Source: Seison nebaliae (lineage: Eukaryota). From it: a DNA stretch of 31,924 nt. The stretch covers positions 62,001 through 93,924 of the forward strand of contig JALJEE010000562.1 in the NCBI GenBank assembly GCA_023231475.1. Reading direction: 5' to 3'. Position 1 is the first letter of the stretch. Every line of letters starts with the position of its first letter. Made by a program: the position numbers and the translations under genes. The notes under the pieces were generated by a model. The model was not told the origin of the DNA. It worked only from the letters and a program-made list of their open reading frames with translations, and made no database searches. Below, piece by piece: positions 11,490 through 21,800 of this stretch.

Positions 11490-12607
11490 TATGAAAAGTG
11501 TTGGAGTGAAAATATTGGGAAATAATTGTTGTTAATTATGTTAAGGACATTGGAAGAAGAACATGATTTATTTGTTGGAAGAAAGTCGTTAGAGAAATAA
11601 GAAAACCAAACGGAAATTTGAAGGATAAGAAGTAATTGATGAGAATGAAAGATAATCGAATTATTATTTGAGTTAGTCCTCTGAAAAAAAAACATAAGCG
11701 AATATCAGTCGAATGGTTGCAGTAGACATTGTGGATGATCGTCAATCTTTTCAATGAACATTATTCGTCGTCTCCTTATTTACAAGTATCTTGGAATGAT
11801 GATGGAAATTTAGTCATAGGAAATTCTCGTAAAATCAAACCGATTAACTAATCAGTAATTATAGGATAGAAATGTTCTACTTCAATGTCAATCAATAACT
11901 AAATAATCAACTAGTCTATTCAACTAATTTCACTCTTGGTAGCAAACGGAGATATGGTGAATTAATTCCGATTATGAAAAATAATTATTAATTTATCAGA
12001 TAGATACACAGACATCAACCATAGAGTGCCCATACATATTATAGTGAACAAACCGTTATTCTATCCAATTTCAAAAGGAATAATCTTCATTCTCTTTCCA
12101 ATCTTCCAGCAATTCTTTATATATATTGTTTTCTCGATGATTTCTAGATAGAAAACATTTCTAAGAAACATTGATATTATTGGTTAATTTAAGTTAAACT
12201 TTAAATATTTTATCTTAAATTTTCAAATATTTCATGATAAAATTGTCCCAAACTCCACAAATGTTTCATATTTATGATTTGATTGTTTTTGACTGAATTC
12301 TCCTCAACACTCTACTATAGTAGACAATTTATAAATTGTTGAGAAGATTCCTAACTTTAAATTTGTTATGAATGAAATAGAAGGAAGGAAGAAAGAAGTA
12401 AAAGTTTTTCATTTCAGTAAATCATTTGGTTTTAATTCTAAATAGTTGAAAATGAAATCGGTGAAAGTTGATTAAAACTTGAAGAATAGTATCTGGTTTA
12501 CTTATTCAATTATTAGATTAGAGTTATATAATTTCACCTATTTATTGTTCATTCATCATTCATCGATTCCTTCATTTCCATCGTTGAAGAAACGAGAATT
12601 TCATTTT

Positions 12608-13829
12608 CTATTCACTAGGGACCGTCGTGTTTCCCGTACCTGCCGCCACTTGCGATTGGTTAATTGAAGATTGTTGTTGCAATTGTTGTTGTTGTTGTTG
12701 TTGTTGAGCAGTTGATTGTGGTGTTGAAGAACGAACAGTTTGGTCTAATTTATTCGGTAGTGATGATTCGACATTTAAACCGTTTCGAGTAGTCGACTGA
12801 GTTTTCCTTTGACGCTCCCATGCCCGAACAAATGCATCATTAATCCCACCGAATGCTATCGCACTCACCATATTCTCTAACGGTAACAACGGGTCGTGTT
12901 GTTTGAAGAGAATACTCGTTCCTTTCACGTAGATGAAGAAGAGAGTTACACAAAAATAAACAAAGTGAATCGAATAGTTGGGTGGTAGAACGTTCATCTC
13001 GTAAGCGACGAATGCACAACTCCCTAATAGATAAGCTTTCGACGAACTAATCAAATTTGTTTATGTAACATTTCAATATGAAAAACTCCTAACAATGTGG
13101 GCGTTAAAAATTCATTGGATTGAGGTAACCAAATTCCCCGAACGAACCGATCGGCTATTTTCATGACAGAACCACCAGCCGCTAATTTATAATGAAATGA
13201 AAGAAAAGGAAGAGAATGAAGGAAACCTTTTGCTGTTCCAATGAGTATGGCGGATATCCATGCTCTTGGGTAAATGTCTAACGACTTCAGAACATAAGTA
13301 TAAACCAGACGACATCTAAACATTTCATCCATAATTCCTATCAACAAATAAATCGGGGTACAACGACATATCTTCCACGTTATGTCGAATGGAAAGAAGA
13401 AGATGAAATACCTGTACATTAATAAATGATTAATACAGACGTTCACGTACACTAACCAAATGATTGAAGTATATAACAATTTCTCATGATTATTGAAAAC
13501 GGTCATTAATGATTCTCCCAACATGAAGGCGGCTAAGAAGCTGCCCGCATGACATATGAGAATACAAGAGATCCATGTAGAAAATGGATGTCGTCGCGAG
13601 AAGTTTTGCACTCCACCTATTCCGTCAAAAGGAGAAGTGAAATTATTAGAATCAATCTGACTTATTCGATCTCGTTCAAATAATTCTTTTAAACTCAACC
13701 TGGAGCAGTCTTCTCGATATCGTCTCGGACAGCGGAGCATTTAATGATGTAATGTGCCAGTTCGAAATAAGGGAAAATCTTCAGTTTCATGAGAAGTGCT
13801 CCGAACGTATTAATTAGTTCGAAGTCCAT
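12608..13829 (-). CDS. TMEM38: Trimeric intracellular cation channel TRIC/TMEM38, 333 aa, 5 exons: 13829-13700, 13616-13457, 13411-13227, 13181-13094, 13046-12608
   Basis: Family motifs FPYFELAHY, FSRRHPFSTWISCILICHAGSFLAAFMLGE, WYFIFFFPFD, IGTAKAAGG, RFVRGIW...EFLTPTFSSKA and DPLLPLEN. The tail contains polyQ. The spliced length of 1002 nt is in frame. Confidence 0.9.
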
Positions 13830-14404
13830 TCTGTGCCGAAAGAAAATTGAAGAAAAATTTATGGAACATTTAATAATGGAACATCTTCAATTAATTTAAT
13901 TCGAATAATTCATGAAATACCAATAATTCATGGATTTATAATAAATACAATAAAATTAAATTTTTTCTCATAAAATTCTTCCGTAAATTTGGAAATGATA
14001 AAGTGATTATTATAATTTTACTTAAAGTTTTTTACGATTCTACATATGTAAAAAAGGAATATTTTTAGTAGCAGGAGGAGGAAATAATCGATCTATGAGA
14101 ATACTCATTATTTCAATTAGCAGAAATGAGAAATTTTATTAATAACATCATGTCTGGTAATACATATTAGAAGAATGAACAACATTCTTTATTCGATCAC
14201 AATATGATAATACCATGAATGGAAATATTTAATTGATAACATCATCCAATATTGGAAATATTTCTTTGATTAGAAAAATTCACTCATATCTCTATCGTTT
14301 TTATGGATTGGATATTTTCATTAAAAAATTCTATTAAACAAAAACTTGATAGGATTTATGACTTAAGAAGAAGAAGAACTAAAGATATTTATTCAAACAA
14401 CAAC

Positions 14405-14476
14405 AACAACAAAAACAACATTAGATCAACATATAATACCAACAACAAAAACAACATTAGATCAACATACAATACC
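14405..14476 (+). repeat. 36-bp tandem duplication embedded in (AAC)n
   Basis: aacaacaaaaacaacattagatcaacata(t/c)aatacc, two copies with one mismatch. Confidence 0.85.
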
Positions 14477-15664
14477 AACAACAACAACAAATAATAGTTG
14501 ATATAAATAAGTAGAATTTATTTCTGACTACAGCTGACGTTTATATTAAGGAAATATCAAAAGAAAAGAAAAGAATAAAATTGATACAATTATCATCTTT
14601 CTTCATACTATCATCATCTCCCCAGCACCTTATTCCGATGAGAAAGATATTTCGTCTTTTTTCGCTTCTCCCATATATCTCCTTCAAAACTAAATATATT
14701 ACGATGCATTTGGAGAAAGATAAGAAATGAAGAATTAGCACGTTGAGGAGAAGAAGAAAAAAATGAAAACTGAATGAAAGGCTATCGACACAATCCGCTA
14801 ACTGTAGAATACCTCCACTACTCTTTCAGCAACTGAGAACGCATCAGTAACTAAAAATTTTCTCTCTTCCTCTTTAATCTTCCTTCACTTTCATTCCATT
14901 CTTCGTTGAGTTTGATTAAGAAACTATTCAGTTTATGCAAACATAATTTCTCTTCGTTTCCTTCTACAGTTTTCGTGTATGAACCTTCCCATTTAAATAG
15001 TCATATCTATATATCTATCAATCCATCTAACTCCACATATTTAGAAAAGAAATGTTATGTGAAATTTATTAAGAGGGAATCGATCATAGTATCCGGTAGA
15101 TGAAATTGGTTCAAACAAAAATGCTCATCAGAATGAACAGTTTCGACAAAAACCTGCAATTCGGACATTTTTAATATGAAACGTCTAAACTTCTAATTTC
15201 TACTTAATATCTAATTGTTTTAACTTATTTAAACTTTCCTAATTCTCTTGTCCAATTTCAAATAAATAAGTATAAATTCGACCTTATCGGACATAATAAA
15301 AATTATAATGAATTATGATTAAAAGTTGATGAATGAAAAAAGAAGATAGCAATTTGACGATAGATTTATGGTTGAAATTTGATAAGAATTACCCAATGGA
15401 AATTTTAAGAAATAATTCTACATAGAAGAGTTTATAGAATGGAAGAGTTTCGTGAAAATTCAAAAATTTAATTCTGATCGAAGAAAACTATGAAATTTGT
15501 CGAAATCCAAAAAAATTCAAATTCGAATATTTTGAAGGAACTTAAAAATTTGGTAGTTCATTAAAATTATCAGAGCTATTCAGGAACATATCTCCCATAA
15601 CATAATTTAATAAGAGAAAAAATTATATTTTATTCTATTTTTTATTGTCATTATTGTAATTGGT

Positions 15665-16484
15665 TCATTCAGTTTTTTTCTTCGATTTTTCTTCTTCCAT
15701 TATCTTCCTCCGTTGTTGGTACCAGAAGGAGGCGATCATCCGAAGAAGAATGAAAGTAATGGTGAGAGTGCCGTATGTGTATTTGTCGATTTGTGATGGA
15801 ATGAAAGAGGAGATTATTAGGATGACTGTTCCCATAATTGCCAGACTTAGTGATCTGGAAAATGGTTCAATGAGAAATGATGAGAAGTGAAGAATAGTAA
15901 CAGAAAAGGAAAAAATATTTCATCATTATCATTCGATAAATGTAAGAAGGATCTGGATAAAGGAATTGACAACCAAGTGGAACAACCATTCATCACACCA
16001 CAAACGAACATTTGAATAAAGGAATTTGGTGAGAGATGTGCTTGACTATTTGCTATTCCGATGGAGATGGCACGAATCCGATAAAATTCATCACCACATA
16101 ATAAGAAATGACGAACGAATGGAAGTGATGTCAAGAAAGATATGTTGAATGGAATGACGAATACGATCATCCTGATAATATAAGAGAGGATGAGATGAGA
16201 AAGAGAAAAAGGAACCATGCTGAGAGAAAAAGATAAAAGTATCGACCATCATCCAAAATTTTGAGGGGTGGTTCATTGATAATCAATAATCCACAGAATT
16301 TTCCCGTATAACTTCGAATTAGGGACGAAACAAATTTAGAGAAAATATTCTTTTCACTTTTTCCTTTTAATTCATATCGGATGGAAAGACAAATGAGCAA
16401 TTCGTGAATGAATAGAATGATGTTGACAAATGTCAATTGATCCGCCACATTCACTCGTAACAATTCACTCACCATTTCATTCAT
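15665..16484 (-). CDS. Divergent TMEM38/TRIC-like paralog, 242 aa, 3 exons: 16484-16216, 16171-15902, 15854-15665
   Basis: Aligns with the neighbouring TMEM38: LIINEPP vs FMLGESL, SAW/MIVFVIPFN vs IIW/YFIFFFPFD, DEFYRIR vs DEMFRCR, EIFFPF vs EFLTPT. Both introns lie at the same position and phase as introns 2 and 4 of that gene. It ends in a KKTE di-lysine ER-retrieval motif. The spliced length of 729 nt is in frame. Confidence 0.75.
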
Positions 16485-16674
16485 GTCAGATAGCCAATTT
16501 GAAGAACGTTATCTGTGGAAAATGAGGGCTAATCTTTCGAAGTTCGGTGGATGTGATTGAATTATGGAGAAAAGTGATAAGGAGACATTTTCCCCATAAT
16601 TTACATCGTTACTAATGGTAACTGGTGGAATAATCGAGAGAAACAATCTGAAGAAGAATTGGAGGAGTGGAAAA

Positions 16675-17699
16675 ATGGAATATCAACGATTGAAACAAGC
16701 GAGGATTATCAACGACGTTCTCCCACCAACCAATTTCAGTTGGCTCGTAGATCGACGATTGGCTGTCGGAGACTCACCAACTACTATTGAATCGATGAAT
16801 TCTTTATTGAAAGAAGATTTCGATTATTTAGTGGCGAGTGGAAGATGTTCTTCCATTCCATCAGAAATTACGGGACGATTCCGTTATGTACATTTATCGC
16901 CACAATCCAACATTCCAACGATGGACGATTGTCTCAATTTTTTGAGATTGATGGAACGGGCTGATTCACATAACGAAGTTCTTTTAATTTTACTCCACTC
17001 TATTCAGTTAGGAGACAAATGTTTTAATCTGTTCGAACATGTAAATATTAAATAATTTCCTTAATTTTCGAATTTACTGTCTGACGGTATTTGAAGATAT
17101 GATGGAGGAAATGAATGGAAAGAAAGAGATGTTAAGAAATGATTTATTTGTCTAAAATATAATAAAGTCAAATGTAGAATATAATTACATAAATTATTAC
17201 AAGAACGCTCAGTTCAGAATAATAGAAATAATTATGTTTTGTGCAGATGTTGTTGTTGTTGTTGTTGTATGCTGCAAATATTTGATGAAAGAAGAAGGAG
17301 AGAATTATAGAAATGAATCAGTGATTGATTGATTGAGTGAGTGAGTGAGTGAGTGAGTGAGTGAAGATGTAAGAGAGGGGAGGAAGATGAGGAGTTTCGA
17401 AAAGGAAATTACGATGTTGTTTCTAACGTGTCTTTTCTTTTTGTGTCGGGAAGAAAGTGTTCGTTTATACGGACAACAAATGCGAGACTGCCATGACGTT
17501 GGTAGCATGCTACTTTATGATGATCTTTAAGATTCCTGCGGATTATGCGATTTGGATGATAAGGAACGTGCGGCCCATGGCAATTGGAGATTATAGACAG
17601 GAAGAAGTGATTCATTCAGTGGAAAACGAACTGGGTGAAATGTTGGGGAAGAATCATTCATTGAATATGGCATTGGCTACTCGATCAATCATCGACTGA
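16675..17699 (+). CDS. DUSP23-like atypical dual-specificity phosphatase fold, predicted catalytically inactive; 2 exons 16675-16977 and 17454-17699 (alternative start 16615)
   Basis: PPTNFSWLVDRRLA, PTMDDCLNFL, TLVACY, and AIWMIRNVRPMAIGDYRQEEV match DUSP23/CDC14-type small phosphatases. The phase-0 intron gttctt...ggaag (16978-17453) has a branch-point-like TTCTAAC near 17421. Confidence 0.78.
17248..17362 (+). repeat. Microsatellites (GTT)n and (GATT)n/(GAGT)n inside the DUSP23-like intron
   Basis: gttgttgttgttgttgttgt at ~17248-17267; gattgattgatt followed by (gagt)x7 at ~17323-17362. Confidence 0.85.
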
Positions 17700-18023
17700 C
17701 GATATTGATCGAAGTAAAAGAGAATAAATTAGAATAATGTTTTTGTTCCCTTCAAATAAAATTTCAGAAAAGTTCTCAATTGAGTCATGTGAGTTGTGAG
17801 TGGGAGAAGTGGAAGATGATTGAAGATCCAGAAACGAAGACGACAGAAATAAAATTAACAAGAAAAAGATAACGATGAGAGTTGTATGAATGATCTTTAT
17901 GATGAGAAGATGTGAAAGGAAATTGTAATGAGATATTAAAGAGAAAATATGAATAAGTCATCGATGGGCAATTAAAGAAACGTTTCGGAAACACTTGCCA
18001 CATGTATAATAAATATCAAATGA

Positions 18024-18772
18024 TTAGAAGTTATTATTGTTGTTGTTGGCTGTCGTATTGAGGAAATTTGATTGTGAAAATCGTCGTTCTTGTTCCCTGG
18101 ACATCATATAATTGGAATTTGCATTCGACATTTGTATTATATTATTGTCATTTCTATTAAAATTTTGTTGTTGTTGTTGTGGTTGTTGTGGTTGTTGTTG
18201 AAATTGAAAATTATTGGCATTCATTTGAGATTGTTGTTGTTGATTGATTTGACGATTATTCTCATTGTTTATAGTCATATTCGATTGTTCTTTATTCATC
18301 GTCTGTTGTTGTTGTTGTTGTTGTTGTTGTGACATGAAAGGATAATTAACAGCTTGATATGATTGTTGAGAATTATGATGATGATGATTATTATTGTTAT
18401 TATTATTATTATTGAACATCATAGGATTTTGTTGTTGGGGTTGTTGCATTTGTTGAGCATTCGGCTTCTGTGAATAAGAATTAATCAATCCATTCATCGA
18501 TTGCTTTTGCATTCCATCCATGTTAATTGTCTGTTGTTGTTGTTGGTGTTGATTATTGTTAAATTGAATGATTCCATTCTTTGAAGATGGAATATTAAGA
18601 GAACTATTATTTTGATGGAAATTCACCGAAGTTGGAAGTATTCCATTCGTATCATTATTCATAAAATGTTGTTGTTGTTGCATTTTATTCAATTGATATG
18701 ATTGAGAAGATTGAACGATATTTGCATTCATTTGTTGTCGTTGTCCATCAATTATTTGTGATGGTTGTTGTA

Positions 18773-18826
<54 letters not shown>

Positions 18827-21800
18827 CATTAGTGAACATCGTTGAATCATTTATATTCACATTATGATTATTATGCATCGAAGTATGAATTCGTTGAAAT
18901 GGTCGATCCATCTGATTATAAGCTGGCGGTTGTTGTTGTTGTTGTTGTTGACCCACCGGACCTGATACCACATTATTTATAATTTTATGTTGCTCATTAT
19001 TATTATTATTATTCTTCATATTATTGAAGAATTGTCGTTGTTGTTGTTGTTGTTGTTGGAAGAAGTAATTATTATTTTTCCCGTCAATTCCATTCGATCC
19101 AGACATATTGGAATTAAATGGAAAATTCATTTTATCTCCATTATTTTGTGCATAACTAATAGTATCATTTGAACAATTAGAATTATTTGATATATTATTC
19201 AAATTCGAATTAGATAATCGATCCGATTTCAATCGTTTACTTCGATTCACCATTTCTTCATTCTCTTTATCCCTTCTATGTGATGATGACGATCGTTTCT
19301 TATTCATTATATGACCATTATTATTGTCATTCGATTCACTCATATGAGATCTGGGAATGGACGAGAATGATAGTTGATCGGCACTCTCATTCCGACAAGT
19401 CGTTAATTCGTGTTCGTTCCTTGAGAACGAAGTTGATCGATGATTCATAGAAGTTATTTCTCCTGTCATATTCATATGAGGATTCATCATTGATTGAGGT
19501 TTCATAATATTGGATGACGGTTGTAATGCTTCCCCATTCATATGACTCATCGGTCTCATAATATTCGACATCGGTCCACTTTGATTCATTATCGGATTAT
19601 TAGAAAACGGTGCTCTCATTTGTATATCATTCGTTTGTAAATTGTTCGATGGTGACATTTGATTTATTTGCATCATTCGCTGATTTTGATTTCTCATTAT
19701 TTGCATCTGTTGTTGTTGTTGTTGAGTCATTCCATTGATTTGAGATAGATTTATATTATAATTAAACATTTGTTGTTGATGTTGCTGCTGTTGTTGTTGT
19801 TGTTGTTGCTGTTGTTGTTGTTGAGACATGAGTTCATCTTTCTTTTGTTGTTGTTCTTCTTCTCGACTTTGTTTCAATTGGAGACGTCGTCTCTTTTTCA
19901 TTTCTCGATTACGTCGATCATGATATCGTTTGATGATTTCTTCCTCAACATTATTCTTATGAACGTCCATCGATTTAATAGTATGTTTATTATTCTCTTC
20001 GATTTTATCGAGTAATTCTCGAATACTAAATTCTTTTGTATTTAATGTTGGCAGTAATCGATAGAATGAGATGGGTGGAATACATGAATGTGTTTGATTC
20101 ACCATTATTTGTTGTTGCAAATTGTACAAAGGTGAAGTACGTAATAAAGTTGGTAAATTATTTTTTGTCGCTTTCACTCCGAACATCAAACCAGAATGAT
20201 CAATAATTTGTGCATTCGACACTCGATCGAACGTCAAATAATGATGTTTAGGAATAATATCATCAGTGGAAGAGGATGATGATGATGAATTTGTCATAAC
20301 ATCCGAAATAACTTTCATCCAATAAGTCAATTTCGCTTTCTTCGTTTGTTGGAAGAGTTGGAGGATATAAGCACAATTCGCTGAAGATTTATTGAGAATA
20401 TGAGGAGAATGTTTCAATTTCCGTTTGATGACGTTATCAGGACCGTTTAATCGATAGACAATATGGAGAACAGTGTCGAACAATGCGAAAAATATGTCTC
20501 GTTCTTCTTCTTTCTCAGAAATGACGGAGAATTCATTCGATGTCAAAATGAGAATGAGAACATTCGCAAAATCTGACAATTGACTACCCGTCCAATGTTG
20601 ACGTAATTGGAGAGCGAACATATTATGACTAATCAATAATGATGTACGATAAAGATTCGACGATTGTTTCGACATGGCGATTTTTTGTTTCAAATGATTA
20701 TCGGTAAGAGAATTATAATAATCTTTGAAATCGAAAGGTGGATCACCAATATCATCAGCTGATGAGACAAATAAGAGGAAATAGATAAAAGATCGAAAGT
20801 TCTCCGAATAAATTAAAGTGTATTGAGAATTGTCGATATTCTCCTTCATACAATTGATCGATCCATCTACTTTCGATTTCCATTCGATACTTTTCTTTCC
20901 ATTTGTGTTATTATTCTCGAATGTCACAGATTTCTTCAGAAATAATTGAAAGAATTGTCGATTGACTTTATCGATCGTTCCTTCTTTCACCGTCCGATCG
21001 TTTGTTAATTGTTCAGTAGCGATAAATTTCAATTCATCTGCCATCAATTCAATGAAACGTTGTCGAACGACCGATAATGGAATTCGAGAAATGATGGGCA
21101 GAATGAAAGAAGAATAATGAAGTAGAAATGATGATCGTCTCTCGAACAGATAAGAAGTGATGAAATATATGAATTGTTTCACAATCGAATTATTCTCGTG
21201 TGATTTTAGAATTAGAAAGAAAATCGATTCGATCAACTTCTCAATTTCGCCTTTCTTCTCCATAATCGTTGATTGTCGAGTGAAATAATTATCATAATTG
21301 ACTTGTGTCAAATGAGCGAGATGGAAGAGAATGTCAACAATCTCCTTCAACATTTTTAATTCGTCGTCGTTAACGAAATTGCAATCGAAAGAAATAGTGG
21401 AGAGAATCATCTCCAATTTCTCCAAATCATTCACCGGTTGATTTGGCACATTCAATATCTTCGATAACGTCTTCAATTGAGTGTGATGATAAAGTGTTCC
21501 GTCCGATATGTTCATGAAATGAAAGGAAATATAATCCGATATATCGATCGATTGACGAGGTTGTGATGAAATTTGATAAATCTCTTTAATCGTTTCGTAA
21601 CTATTGAGACCGTTATCTAATAAGCATGAATTAATCGATGATGAATTGTTCGTACCGTTTCCTGATAATGTTCCATTTGATGAGTTAGTGGAGGTGGAGG
21701 ATGAGGTCGGCAACGATGAATTTGAGAGGAGAGACGATAAAGATTTGTCTAATTCATCATAAACTCTCTTCCAATTGATCATGTCAATACCATTATTTCG

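Noticed and set aside
11489..11754. Two short minus-strand ORFs directly upstream of the CNG start
   Set aside because: No recognisable motifs and no convincing in-frame splice to CNG; likely 5' UTR.
14050..15170. Short ORFs (14541-14741, 14906-15103) and protein-like fragments between the TMEM38 genes
   Set aside because: Frequent stops and no consistent exon chain or family motif.
6724..16484. Polycistronic operon of four same-strand genes
   Set aside because: Spacers are 0.9-1.8 kb, too long to support an operon from sequence alone.
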